Part shown: piece by piece, positions 9,731 through 23,908 of the stretch
Position numbering within the stretch: position 1 is the stretch's first letter
Layout of the letters: each line of letters starts with the position of its first letter
Assembly: GCF_963921235.1 (NCBI RefSeq)
Contig: NC_086098.1
Span: 236,902,001 to 236,966,000, forward strand
DNA length: 64,000 nucleotides
Direction: 5' to 3'
Source of the DNA: Mobula hypostoma
Lineage: Eukaryota
The notes under the pieces: generated by a model
Told to the model about the DNA's origin: nothing
Databases searched by the model: none
Seen by the model: the letters and a program-made list of their open reading frames with translations, nothing else
Translations under genes and position numbers: made by a program

Positions 9731-12691
9731 CAGGAAAAGGATGGGGCGGAGCAAAACGCCCGACAGTTGGACTCCGTGAATGGCGACATCACTTATCTTT
9801 AAAACCTTAACTTTTCACTCCTAAAATATTTCAGCTTAATTTGTATCACATATCCAGTCCTGTATAAGTTTATAAAGACTCAGTTAAAACTGATTTTAGA
9901 CCTCGATATCAGCAGCTGCTGTCTGGAACAACAGAAAACAGTCGGCCCCATTGATTCTGTCCCAATAGTTATTAGGATCTAAACCGTTGAAGGTCACATT
10001 TATTAAATCCCCACAATACCTAACATTCCCTTATCTTGACGATACCTTCGCCATCAACATGCAGTGGTGACCATTAAACAGTAACCACTGGATTGATTAA
10101 ATTACATTATGAAAATAGAACGCGACCCAAAGTTAGGGATCATAAATTTGAAAATTGAAAGTAAGTTAATTGTAAAATATGTGTATGTCACCGTATACAA
10201 CCCTAAGATTCAATTTCCTGCGGGCATTCTCAGTAGATACTTAGAAACACAATGGAATGAATTAAAATACACAAAACGAAGACGGGCAAACAACCGATGT
10301 GCGGAAGAAGACAAACGGTGTAGAAACAATAAATACATGAGTAAGTTCATAGATAGATGGATGGGTGGATGGATAAATAAATAAATAAACACATTAGTTG
10401 TGGAGTCCTTGAGTGTGTTCACCCTGGCTCAGTAGCCTGGGCACGTATCTGACGATACAAAAGGCAGGTCGAAGTTATTTTTCAAGAAAAATGCTCCAGT
10501 TCGCTGGACCTAACTCCCGATGCATTGGCAAAACAGGAATATCCCAACCAAATGGACTTGTCCCGCACTACTACCCTAAGATGCCCCCCTTTTTCCACAG
10601 GGTTAACGGGCATGTCATGTGGGTCATTGAAAAAGAAGGCAAGGGTATGCTTACGCTTTTCGGATATTGACCTCTCACGCACTCTCCCTTATCCAAGTTT
10701 TGTAGCCCTGGCTCCTCTCTCTCTTTCCCTCTCTGTCTGTCTGTCTGTCTCTCGCACTCACTTTCCTTTCCCTCTCGACTTACATGTTTATAAAGTTACA
10801 GCTACATAGGACCCTGGTCAGACCCCACTTGGAGTACTGTGCTCTGTTCTGGTCATCTCACTACAGGAAGGATGGGGAATCTGTTGAAAGGGTGCAAATG
10901 AGATTCATAAGGATGTTGCCTGGATTGTGGAGCATGCACTTATGAGAACAGGTTGAGTGAAATTGGCCTTTTCTCCAGGCATATCCAGTGGAAAGCAAGT
11001 AATATCCACGCCACTGTGACACACAACTATCTTTCGCAATCCCCTCTCCTCCTCTATCTCCTTCTTTCTCTATTCCCCTCTCTTCTTTTACACGCTGTAG
11101 TTGCTGTACTTACAATTATTACCTTTCAATTTGACCGCCTAGCTGTGCAAATTGCTGCCTGTTGGAAGACCCCTCACCTCTCTTCTCTCTATCTATCTTT
11201 CTGTCTGTCCCTTTCTGTTCTTTATTCTCACCTGTTTCTGTATCACTCTCTTTTCTCACTTAAGAGGTGCATTTGAATTTAGTATCATTCAGTCTGTGAA
11301 TTCTACAATATGTTGAACTCTGGAACATGTGAGCAATATTATCCTCGATCAAAAGCTTAAGGAGTACTGGCATTGAGTGCTACTTGCTTCTTCAAAGCCA
11401 ACTTCTTACAAATGCTGTCAGCATTGAGCATCACGTTAAGCTTTCCTTCAACTATATTTCCGTGAGGTTTTATTTTAATTCCTTGTACATTTGGATAATT
11501 TCATGGCTGTTTTTATTTTTTTACTTTCTAATGTATCTATTCTCAGTCTGAAAGCGATCCATGTCTACTTTTGTGGTTAAAAAAAAATCTTACTTACAAT
11601 TAGCTTTCCAAGTCTCTCCTGATGTCTCAGGCCACGTATCTCCGTTGGGGTAGAGATAGAGTTAAATGCAAGTAGACATCTTTCCAGAGGTAGGGAGAGA
11701 CTGGAAATAGAGGTCATGGTTTAAGTATGAAAATTGAAATGTTTCAGGGGAACATGCAGGGTAACGTCTTCACTCAGAGGATGGCGAGAGAGTAAAAGTT
11801 GCTGCCAATAGAAGATTTGGCGATAGATTCGATTTCAAAAGTTAAGATAAGTTTATAGAGGTAATTAGATGAGAATGGTACGGAGGGCTATGATGCGGGT
11901 GTTAGGTCGATGGGACTAATCAGGTAAATATTTCAGCATGGACTAGATGGGATTAAGGGGCTGTTTCTGTGACTGTGACAATGTGACTCTGTGACATATT
12001 GTTTTTGGTTCAATCAGATACTTCATACTTTAAGCATCTTGGTAATCCTTTCTTTATCTTCTCACACCCGACTTGGCATTTGCATCATTGTGTTTCTGTA
12101 CCTTCAAATAGAGACGTCAATTATATTAAGTAATCTGCAAATTTATTGAGGCCCCCCTCCAGATCCGACAAAGATCCAATCAACACCAAACCTGCTCTTC
12201 TTAAATGAATTCTTGGACAGCAAATAACATTCCGGAATCGAGCCTGCATCCCCTCCACACTGGCAGTCCTGCACACTAAGAATGGGTTAATATTGAAAAT
12301 AACTTTTTTTTTCGCACTTCAGGTCTGAAGTCGCATTTGGCTCTGTTGAACGTACATATCGCAGTATTTCCTGCTGCAAACTCTTTTAATTTGGAAGCTA
12401 TTGACGCCGTGAACAGTGCAAACCATATAGACCAATTTTATGTGATTGCACACCTGTTTGTGCCAGATTACATCATGTAAAGTGTCCGATGACCATGAAT
12501 CCAGGAAGCAACACTGTGAAGTACACGGAAGAGATGCTGCAGATGCTAGAAATCGAGAGTAACACACGAAAAATGTTGGTGGTTCTCAGTAAGTCAGGCA
12601 ACATTCATGGAAATGAATAAACAATCGACTTTTCGGGTCAAGTGAATAAAATATTGACATTTCTGGCAGAGATCTTCCATCAGGAGTTCTG

Positions 12692-13102
12692 AAGAAGATT
12701 GAGGGGGGATCTGATTGAAACGTATAAGATCCTAAAGGGATTGGACAGGCTAGATGCAGGAAGATTATTCCCGATGTTGGGGAAGTCCAGAACGAGGGGT
12801 CACAGTTTGAGGATAGAGGGGAAGCCTTTTAGGACCGAGATTAGGAAAAACTTCTTCACACAGAGAGTGGTGAATCTGTGGAATTCTCTGCCACAGCAAA
12901 CTGTTGAGGCCAGTTCATTGGCTATGTTTAAGAGGGAGTTAGATATGGCCCTTGTGGCTACAGGGGTCAGGGGGTATGGAGGGAAGGCTGGGGCGGGGTT
13001 CTGAGTTGGATGATCAGCCATGATCATAATAAATGGCGGTGCAGGCTCGAAGGGCCGAATGGCCTACTCCTGCACCTATTTTCTATGTTTCTATGTTTCT
13101 AT
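12692..13102 (+). mobile_element. Young 5'-truncated CR1 3' end
   Basis: RGDLIETYKIL...NFFTQRVVNLWNSLP followed by a (tttctatg)n tail. Nearly identical to the 3' end of the element at 20658-21070. Confidence 0.92.
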
Positions 13103-13104
13103 TT

Positions 13105-15780
13105 AATATTTTGTCGTTGTTCAAGTATAGAACCAGCGATAATCCTGGAAATTTTTGCCCGGTGAGTGATCGGAAAGATGATGAAGAGATTTCTTAGGGT
13201 AGAATTTATGAGCATTATGGGTTAATTAGGGAGAACCAGCAGAGTTTTGGGGCAGGTCGTTTCTCACTAACTTTATTCATTTTTTTTTGCCGAGGCGACG
13301 AGGGTGATATGATGAACGTAGAACTGTGGATGTTATGTACATGAATTTTAGTAAGGTGTTTGACAAGGTCTCTCATGGAAGGCTCATCCGAAAGACTAAG
13401 TATCAGGAATCCATGGTGAGTCGGCTTGCCTTTAACAGATTCAAAACCAGCTTGCCTTTAACAGGTGGTATGTAGGAGTCGGAGGGGCATATTCTGGCTG
13501 GAAACCTGCGATTAGTGGCGTCCAACAAGATTTATCCTTGGTCCTCTGGTGTTTGTAATGGCTTTAAAGGATGTTAATAAAAATGTGCATGGGTAATCCG
13601 GAATGTTTCTACATGATACGAAGATTGATCCTGTTGTAAATAGAATACACAAGATTGGCAAAGAATTCAGCTGGATATAGAGCACTTGCAGATATGGACG
13701 GAGAAATGACAGGTGGGGTGTAATGTAAAGTGTTGCGCATTGGTAGATTAAAAGCAAAGAGGCAGTACTATTATTAATCAGTGTTTCCTTTTTCTTTGTT
13801 GTACTTGAAGTTTGTTGTCTTTTACCTATTGCTTGTTTGTCCATCGTGTTGAGTGCGGCATTTATCCGTCTTTGTATTTACTGTGAATGCCCGCAAAAAT
13901 ATCAACTCAGAATGTGAAAATATGTATTTTGATAATGCAAATATTTTCACTTTGGCTTTGAGACAGGGACAGTCGCAGGAGTTCTCTAACTACGGAGTTA
14001 GTGGAAGGAGACGCAATAACTTTGAAAGACTAGATACTGAATTGAAAACAACGTGGACGCAACGCCTGCTTCCTCTGTTCGTAGGGGCGAGGTGGAGTGG
14101 GGGAGGAGTGATGAACGATTGGGGAACATGATGAGCAATTCAGATGTGACCTAATTCAGTCAGGTTATGTGAATTTGTGAAGTTTTCTCTCTCATAATCC
14201 CATGTATCCTTAGTCACTGACAGATTCCAGGCTGGGCAAGGTATCGGAGAATCCTAAGGGATTCTACAAATATGATAAGAGCAAAAGGCTTGCAAGGGAC
14301 TAAATTCTGGAAGATCAGAATGGAAATTCATTTGTGGAGCCAAAAGAAATGGGGGAGATTTACTTAGGAGACGGGTACAGAGTCTGAAGAAGTGAGGCAA
14401 AACGACATCAAATTCATGGATCCCATACAGATTACATAGGAAAAGGTGTTTGACCAATTAACCAGGAAACTATAGGACAGTGAGCCTGACATCATAAGTG
14501 AGAAAGGTATTGAAAGGTACTCTGAGGGATGAAAATAGAAGTATTGTATAGACCTGGACTGATTAAAGATAGTCAGCATATTTTCGTGCGGGTAGTTCAT
14601 GTCCACCAAATCCTTTCGAGGAAATTACCAGGAAAGTTAATGAAGGCAAGGCAGTGCATGTTGCCTACATGAACTTTAACATGGTCCTGCAGGGGAGTTC
14701 GATCAAGAGGGTTCAGTCACTTGATATTCAAGAGGAGATAGTAAATTGGATTAGACATTGGCTGTGTGGGAGAAGCCCTAGTGAGTTAGTAGATGGTTAC
14801 GTCTCTGACAGGAGGCCTGTGACAATTGTAGTGTCGCAGGGATCAGTGCTGGGTTCGTTATTATTTGTCATATCAATCAGCAAGCTGAATGATAATGTGG
14901 TTAACTTCAGAAAATGTACAGATGACACCAGGAATTGGGGGCGTAGCGGATAGCGAGGAAGGACGTCATGGCTTGCAGCGGTTTCTTGACCAGCTGGAAA
15001 AATCAGCTGAATTATGGCAGATGGAATTTAATGCAGACCAGTGTGAGATGGTGCACTTCGGTAGGACCAGCCAGGTTAGTTCTTACATAGTGACCGGCAG
15101 GGCACTGAGGAATGTGGTGAAACTATGTGTTCTAGGAATATAGATTCATAATTCATTGAAAACGGAGTCACAGTTAGATAGGCTCGTAAAGATGTTTTTG
15201 GCATATTGGCTTTTATGAATCAAAGTATTGACTTCAGGAGATGGGATGTTATATTGAAGTTGTAAAAGAGATCGATGAGGCCTAATTTGGAGTATTGGGT
15301 GCAGTTTCCGTCACCGACCTACAGGAAAGATAGAAATAAGGTTGAAAGAGTACAGAGAAAATTTTTAAGAATGTTTCCCTATCTGGAAGACCAGAGATTT
15401 AAGGAAAAATCGAATATGTCAGGACTTTATTCTCTGGAACGTAGAAGATTGAGAAAAGATATGCAAACTTATGAGGTGTAGAGACAGTCTAATTGCAAGT
15501 ATGCATTTTCTACTGAAATTAAGTGGGACTATAAATAGAGGTCATGGATTAAGGGGTAAAGGTGAAAAGGTTAAGGGAAAATGAGGGAAAATCTCCTCAC
15601 TCAGAGGGTCCTGAGAGTGTGGAACGAGTTGCTAGCGCGAGTGGTGCATACAAGCTCGATTACAAAGTGTAAGAGAAGTTTCATAAATTAGGTGGGCAAT
15701 AGGGATATAGAGGGCTATGATCCTGGTGTAGGGCTGTGGGAGTAGGCAGATTAAATGGTTCAGCACGGACTAGATAGCCA
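13105..15780 (+). mobile_element. Decayed CR1 RT fragments
   Basis: Remnants such as VSQGSVLG.LLFVI, WQMEFNADQCE and RPNLEYWVQF. Confidence 0.75.
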
Positions 15781-17189
15781 AAGGGCTTGTCCAATGCTGT
15801 ATTTGTCTGTGATTCTTTGACGCTATGATAAAATTTTGAAAAATATTGAAAAAGAAAAGAAAAGAATTTTGGTCACGACGTGATTTAGCATCACTTCTTG
15901 TGCGAATGATGTCCTAAGGCCTCAATGTTCTGCAGCACTCCCCAGGTTCCTACCATTTGTTACGCACTGGCCAGTTTACAGTATCTTCGCCAAGTGCAAC
16001 ATGCCAACCATTTCTCATCAAGATCGCTAATATTGTCCACCAACTGCCTCACTCACCCTGGTCCCTTTTACAAAGCTTCCAAACTAGCCTAACGTGCGCA
16101 GTCTTGCAAAATACATTGCTACAGTCCACGTACATAACAGACAGATCAGATATACAATTCAAGGTTACCAATAAAATCTGTACGCTGGTCTGGCGCCCTC
16201 CCTCACCTTGATGCATTATTTCAGTGACTGTTTATTCCTTTCCGAGCTAGTGGTTTAACATACTTTCCGTCTTCCTATACGCCAGCAATGAGCTGGTGAT
16301 GGAAAAGGTTCCAATTCCTTCCCTAAGCCGAACCAAACATTTCCTTCTGTTTTTTTTTTCAGCTCATGCGTTTCCGAATGGCTTCTATCTGGTCCCATAT
16401 TGCTTTGTTGCTTCTTTCTATATGCTCTGGATACCCTCTTTCACTTGGTTCAGGAAAACTGTTCAGGCACGAATCTGCTTCCGCCTGCGTATCAGGGATT
16501 TAACCAAATCAGCGAGTTATTGGATGGTTGCAGTAAATAGCGATATCAGTGAAGGGTCATGGAGGAGTAATACTCATCTATTTCTGTAAAGTGGAACTAT
16601 TTAATTGATAGATCACTTAGTTGCACTCAATCTCTAAAGAAAAATGTAGCATTGTCCCTTGTGACCAGAGATAAGAGCGATGTCTGAAAAAAAACTTTGG
16701 TAAAGCAAATAATCCCTATTGCGTATATTACAGGAATGACCGCATTCCATCAATGTGTTCACTGGTGATTTGTGTTTACTGGGTTGTCTGCAACGTTGAT
16801 CAAAATGTGCCGTCGCAGAAACTGCTTTGGCAAGCTGGGTTCGACTTCAGTCTAAGACGACACTCTACCGCTACCGCAGGTTTACCCGCGGAACCTCAAG
16901 CACCCGGAGCCCTAAGTTCTCAGTGCCGCCTCATATGTTACTACCCTTTGACACAGAGTTGTGCAACAAATTACCATTTTGAAATACGCCCTTAGTACTC
17001 TGGAACTAATTATGTTTATTGCAAGTATTGGATCGTATTGATAGAACAATTCAATGCTGGAGAAGTCAAAACTTTTTTTTACGTTATACAAATTTTAGCA
17101 CTATTATTGAATGGAATTGAATTGACTTTATGGCTTACGTCCTTCACCAGCACGAGGAGTAAAGATCTTTACGAGGTAATTTCTACGTA

Positions 17190-17760
17190 ATCTGGACCAT
17201 AAGGCGCAGGAGCAGAATTAAGCTATTCGCCCCATCTTGTGCTCTGCCATTCAATCATGGCCCATTTAATATCCCTCTCAAGCCCATTAACCCACATTCA
17301 CCCCATCATCTTTGACACTCTAACGAGTCAAGAGCCGGCCAACCTCCGCTTTAAATATACCCAATGACGGCCTCCAGATCCGTCCATGGCAATGTATTCC
17401 ACAGAATAACTACCCACTAGAGGAAAAAAATTCCTCCTCTTCTCCGTTGTAATGGGATGTGCCTTTCTTCTAAGGCTGTGCTCTCTGGTCCTAGGCTCCC
17501 CCACTATAGGATATATACTGTCGGTGTCTGCTCTAGCTCTTTCAATGTTTAATAGGTTTCGATGAGATATTTCTCCTAAACTCCGATGAGTATATTGGAC
17601 CTTCTCCAATACCAGCGCATCGTTTCTAGATAAGGGGTTCCAAATTACTCACAGTACTCGCAAGTATGATCTGACCCATGCCTTAACGCCTCAACATTAC
17701 ATCCTTGGTTTTATATTCCAGTCCTCTTGAAATAAATGCTGACAGTATATTAGACTTTCT
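17190..17760 (-). mobile_element. Decayed CR1 3' fragment
   Basis: PIVGEPRTREHSLRRK...RNFF remnant with the CR1 3' UTR. Confidence 0.75.
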
Positions 17761-18439
17761 TACCATTAAGAGCACCTTGTACTTTCAATTAGGTTTAAGT
17801 TCTGGGTGTAGATTCTGCTTTGTACTCTAGGGCAGAATTCTCCACAGTCTCTACCTACCCCACAGCAAATAGTTTCCAAGCCCAACATCCACACCGACCA
17901 AAATGCTGCATGTTCAGCTGTGTTTGTCCCATTAGAGCAAAGATGAGGAGAAATTGTTTTAGCCAGAGGGTGGGGAGTCTGTGGAATTCATTGCCACAGA
18001 CAGCCGTGGAGGCGGATTTGTTGTTGATTAGTCATAGCATCAATGGTTGTGGTGACAAGGCAGGAAAATGGGGTTCAGGGCGAAAGTTATTCAGTCATGA
18101 TGGAATGGTGGAGCAGTATTGCTGGGCTGAATGATCGAATTCTGCTCCTGTGTATTAGGACTTGCATCCTGATAAACTTTTCCGATCCACGTACTCGTCC
18201 AAATGTTTGTTCAATGTTGTTGTGATCTTTTATCATTTTATACCCTTCCAATAAAAACTCCCTCAATTCCCTCTGTTCAATGTAAATCAGGCTTCAGTTA
18301 AAATGTTCCAAACCAGATAAATTTGTAAATGTCTCCACCGTTGTCATTACAATCACATCATGCACTGTGATTTAACCTGCCAGATTGTTGGAGAAAAGCG
18401 CAAGTAGTTTATTTGTATTATTTATTGGGACAATATACA

Positions 18440-18630
18440 ATCACCTACTAACCGGTGCATCTTTGAATTGGGGAAGGAAAGTGGAGCACCTGGAGAAAAT
18501 TGCGCGCGTTCTACCGGGTGAATGTACAGACTCCTCACAGATCAAATGTTCATCTAATATCAGAGAATGTATGCAACCTGAAATGACGCCAGAGCCCCAA
18601 GCCGTAATAGCATCATGCTTACCACTACTC
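18440..18630 (-). mobile_element. Decayed V-SINE (HE1-like)
   Basis: Resembles the SINE at 60270-60515 (tctttgaattggggaaggaaagtggagcacctggag). Confidence 0.5.
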
Positions 18631-19544
18631 TGCCGTAATCTTCCTTGGAGACAAGAGAAACGAGGACACTGTGTGCCTTCTAACTCCAGAGGAAGGCACC
18701 AAAGCTATTGAGCTTGTTACCCACGAGCAGGCTGTGGGAGGCACCTTGCGTTTCAGTTTCTGTGCTCTATTTTGACTTTAAAGAAAATTACTGATGCCGA
18801 GTTCTTCCCTCGCCAGCAGGATATCAGCTATCTATCTCTGTATCTCATAACCTTATACATCTCTATCAGGTTTCCCCTCAGCCCCGCTGCTGCAGAGAAG
18901 ACACCTGTTGTTTTCTGACCTCTACTGATAGCACATGCCCTCTAATCCAGGCAGAATCTTGGTAAACCTCTTATGAACCTTCTCCAAAGCCTCCAGATCC
19001 TTCCTGAAATGGGCGACCAGAATTGAATACAATATTCCAGAGTTTTATAAAGCTCGAACATACCTTTTGAATTCAGTGCTTTAACTAATAAGCTATTTTC
19101 AATCTTTGCAGTCACTTTCAGGGAGTGATGGACTTGGAAACCGTAATGCCTCTGTACATCATCGTTGTTCAATAAACAATAATATTTTTGAGTGGAAACC
19201 CATTGAATAACTTGAGTGAATTGAGCTACATCTCGCAGCGTTTGTAATCTGTAACATGTAACACTTCAATATGGATGGGACCTGCTTCAGCTAACCAGAA
19301 GAAGTTGCAGAAGTAAATGTCGTGTTTCCTTGAAGATGAAATGGTCAAAGGCGAGTGGTTGGATGGAAGTTGTTTGTCCTTAGCGACATAGTGTGTGGAT
19401 AGACTGAGAAACCGCAGATCAAGAAAAAGGTGAAGCAACGGGGAAACCCTCTCACAGAGTAACACTACCAATGGGGAAGTCTGGATTTGGCTAATGAGCA
19501 ATGAGAATGTGGATTTAGCTTCCGCAGTAAAGGATTTAGGCAAA

Positions 19545-20590
19545 GAGCAGGGTAGATATGTGGAGGAACAGGTTGATTGACTGGCAGAGAGTGGGAATAA
19601 AGGGGGCCTTTTTTGGTTGGCTGCTAGTGACTAGTGTGATTCTGCAGGTTTTAGTATTGGGACCGTTTCTTTTCACGTTATTCATCGATGATTTGGTGAT
19701 GCAATTGATGCTTCATGGCCAAATTTACGAACAATACCAAAATAATTGGCAAGGCAGGTAGTGCTGAAGCAGGACAAGGACTTAGGCAGATTGGGAGAAT
19801 GGGCAAAGAAGTAGCAGATGGAATATTGCGTGGGAAAGTGTATGGTCATCTACTTTTGCAGGAGCAATAAAGGTGCAGACTTTTCCAAACGGAGACAGAA
19901 TTGGAAAATCGGATGTGGAAAGGGTCTTGGGAGTCCTGGTGTAGGATTCCCTAAAGGTTAATTTGCAGGTTGTGTCGTTGATAAAGAAGGGAAATGAAAT
20001 GTTAGCATTTATTTCGAGAGGATTAGAATATAACTCATGATTTGGTAAGACATCGGCCAGACTGAACGTGCTGTTTTGGGTCCCTTATGTAAAGGACCAG
20101 AGATGGTACACGAGAGTGATTCCGGGAATGAAAGGGTTAACGCACGAGGAGCGTTTGATGCTTGTCAGCTTGTACTCTCTGGAGATTAGAAGGATGAGGT
20201 GGGAATCTCATTGAAGCATATCATATATTGACAGGTCCAGCTAGTGTTGATGTGGGGAGGATATTTCGCATAGTGCGGGAGTCTAGCACCAAAGGGCACA
20301 GCCTCGTGATGGAACAATATCCCTTTAGGAACAGGTAAGGAAGATTTTCTTCACCCAGAGGATCGTTAATCTATGGAATTCATTTCCACAGACAGCTGTG
20401 GAGACCAAGTCATTGGTTATATTTAAAATGGAAGTTGATAGGTACTTGATTCATCAGTACATCAAAGGATATAGGAAGAAGGTAGGAAAATGAGGTTGAG
20501 AGGTATAATAAACCAGCCATGATGGAATGGTGGAATACACGCGATGGGCTGAATAGCCTAACTATGCTGCTGTATATTATGTTCCAAAAC
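19545..20590 (+). mobile_element. Decayed CR1 RT C-terminal fragment
   Basis: WQRVGIKG.F.GW..VTS....VLGP.LFTLFIDDL remnant. Confidence 0.8.
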
Positions 20591-20657
20591 GGCAGCAGGA
20601 GAAACGGGATGCAATCTCTATTGGAGAACTCGGTAATGGCAGGAGGAGAGAAAAGAT

Positions 20658-22621
20658 CATAGAAACATAGAAACATAGAAAATAGATGCAGGAGTAGGCC
20701 ATTCGGCCCTTTGAGGCTGCACCGCCATTTATTATGATCATGGCTGATCATCCAACTCAGAACCCTGCACCAGCCTTCCCTCCATACCCACTGATCCCCG
20801 TAGCCACAAGGGCCATATCTAACTCCCTCTTAAATATAGCCAATGAACTGGCCTCAACTGTTTCATGTGGCAGAGAATTCCACAGATTCACCACTCTCTG
20901 TGTGAAGAAGTTTTTCCTAATCTCAGTCCTAAAAGGCTTCCCCTTTATCCTCAAACTGTGACCCCTCGTTCTGGACTTCCCCAACATCGGGAACAATCTT
21001 CCTGCATCTAGCCTGTCCAATCCTTTTAGGATTTTATACGTTTCAATCAGATCCCCCCTCAATCTTCTAAGTTCCAACGAGTACAAGCCTAGTTCATCCA
21101 GTCTTTCTTCATATGAAAGTCCTACCATCCCAGGAATCAATCTGGTGAACCTTCTTTGTACTCCCTCTATGGCAAGAATGTCTTTCCTCAGATTAGGGGA
21201 CCAAAACTGCACACAATACTCCAGGTGTGGTCTCACCAAGGCCTTGTACAACTGCAGTAGTACCTCCCTGCTCCTGTACTCGAATCCTCTCGCTATAAAT
21301 GCCAGCATACCATTCGCCTTTTTCACCGCCTGCTGTACCTGCATGCCCACTTTCAATGACTGGTGTATAATGACACCCAGGTCTCGTTGCACCTCCCCTT
21401 TTCCTAATCGGCCACCATTCAGATAATAATCTGTTTTCCTAGGCTAAGCGGTCTATAATTCCCCGGTTTCTCTCTCCCTCCTTTTTTAAAAAGTGGGGTT
21501 GCATTAGCCACCCTCCATTCCTCAGGAACTAGTCCAGAATCTAACGAGTTTTGAAAAATTATCACTAATGCATCCACTATTTCTTGGGCTACTTCCTTAA
21601 GCACTCTGGGATGCAGACCATCTGTCCCTGGGGATTTATCTGCCTTTAATCCCTTCAATTTTCCTAACACCACTTCCCTACTAACATGTATTTCGCTCAG
21701 TTCCTCCATCTCACTGGACCCTCTGTCCCCTACTATTTCTGGAAGATTATTTATGTCCTCCTTAGTGAAGACAGAACCAAAGTAATTATTCAATTGGTCT
21801 GCCATGTCCTTGCTCCCCATAATCATTTCACCTGTTTCTGTCTGTAGGGGACCTACATTTGTCTTTACCAGTCTTTTCCTTTTTACATATCTATAAAAGC
21901 TTTTACAGTCAGTTTTTATGTTCCCTGCCAGTTTTCTCTCATAATCTTTTTTCCCCTTCCTAATTAAGCCCTTTGTCCTCCTCTGTGGAACTCTGAATTT
22001 CTCCCAGTCCTCAGGTGAGCCACTTTTTCTGGCTAATTTGTATGCTTCTGCTTTGGAATTGATACTATCCCTAATTTCTCTTGTCAGCCACGGGTGCACT
22101 ACCTTCCTTGATTTATTCTTTTGCCAAACTGGGATGAACAATTGTTGTAGTTCATCCATGCAATCTTTAAATGCTTGCCATTGCATATCCACCGACAATC
22201 CTTTAAGTGTCATTTGCCAGTCTATCTTAGCTAATTCACGTCTCATACCTTCAAAGCAACCCCTCTTTAAGTTCAGAACTTTTGTTTCTAAATTAAGTAT
22301 GTCATTGTTCATCATAATGAAGAATTCCACCATATTATGGTCACTGTTACCCAAGGGGCCTCTCACGACAAGATTGCTAATTAACCCTTCTTCATTGCTC
22401 AAAACCCAGTCTAGAATAGCCTGCTCTCTAGTTGGTTCCTCGACATGTTGGTTCAAAAAACCATCCCGCATACATTCCAAGAAATCCTCTTCCTCAGCAC
22501 CTTTACCAATTTGGTTCACCCAATCTGCATGTAGATTGCAGTCACCCATTATAACTGCTGTTCCTTTATTGCACACATTTCTAATTTCCTGTTTAATACC
22601 ATCTCCGACCTCACTACTGCT
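20658..22621 (-). mobile_element. Young CR1 LINE, 5'-truncated, with an internal deletion of the RT core
   Basis: Clean ORFs 21419-22576 (endonuclease C-terminus to NYRPLSL) and 20757-21392 (QRDLG to stop). The FADD region is absent. (catagaaa)n tail at 20658. Confidence 0.92.
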
Positions 22622-23459
22622 GTATCATAAGATATAACAGCAGAATTAGGCAATTTAGTCCATCGAGTCTGCTGCACCATTTGTTGATGGCTGCTTTATT
22701 TTCCTTTTTAACCCATTCCCGTACCTACTCCCGTAACTTTCGACACCCTGCCTCATCAAGACGCTATCAAACTCTGTTTTAATAATACCCAGTGACTTGA
22801 TCTCCATAGCCATTTCTGGCAATGGATTCCACAGGTTCGCCAGCTTCTGGTTATAGATATGCCTCCTGATCTCTGTTTTCTGTTTTTGCATTCTGAGACT
22901 GTGCCCTCTGGCACTAGACTTTCTCTCTATTGGAAATATCCTCTCCACATCCGCTCTTTCTAGGCCTTTCGATATTCGGTAGTCTTCAATGAAATTCCTC
23001 ACTGATTTGCCTAAATTCCAGTGTGTACATGCCCATGGCCATCAAAACACCCCTCGTAAGCTAAACCTTTCATAAAATACAGAACACGTCAGTACAGTAT
23101 ATTCGCCATTTATATAATCCATGTTCCTATCTAGGAGTTTCTTAACTGCCCCTAATGTATCTGTCTCTATCACCCCCATACTTTCCTCCAATTATCTTAA
23201 TAAATTTTTTCCTTGGGAAAAAAACTCTCTGGCTATCCATCATATCTATGCCTCTTATCATCTTGTACACATCAATCAAGCTACCTGTCATTCTTCTTCG
23301 TTCCAAAGGCAAGATATCTTTTGCAACACAGATAAAAATTTCTGGTGAACGCAGCAGGCCAGGCAGCATCTATAGGAAGAGGTACAGTAGACGATTCTGG
23401 CCAATACCCTTCGTCAGGAAATATTTAATTCACTCTACCTCTCTTTATCAGACACGTGT

Positions 23460-23803
23460 CCTCGCAATTCTTCTCCATTTCTTCTCTAAAGTTCCCACAT
23501 CCTTTCTATAAGAAAGCGACCAGAACGGAACACAATATTGTAAATGTGCTCTAACCAGGGTCTTATAGAGCTGTAAATTTACCTTGCGGTTCTTGAAATT
23601 AACTTCCTAATTAATGAAGATCAATACGCCACACTTCTTAGCAACGCAAACAATCTGTGCGGCAAATTTGAGGTAATTATGGATGTGGAACCCAAGACTC
23701 CTCTCTTCCTTCTTAGAGTCAATAATTATGCCATTAACCTTGTATTCCACCTTCAAATTGAATATCAAAAATGAATCACAATACAGTTTTCTGGGTTGAA
23801 CTC
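23460..23803 (-). mobile_element. Decayed CR1 fragment that hosts the Gypsy element (continues 30505-32060)
   Basis: CR1 RT remnants lie on both sides of the LTR element in the same orientation. Confidence 0.7.
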
Positions 23804-23908
23804 TGTGAGGGGATCCAGGAGTACCCCTATTAACTGTTTGGAGAGAGACATTTATAATTGATGGTTTGTTTGGAAAGGAGAGAGAGAGACAGTTATTTAC
23901 CACCGATA

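Noticed and set aside
10180-10240. Apparent inverted homology with 39320-39380 (both ORFs contain PKI.FPAGILS)
   Set aside because: It is a dispersed repeat tail, with related copies near 6250, 13900 and 48620, so it is not evidence of an inversion or a gene.
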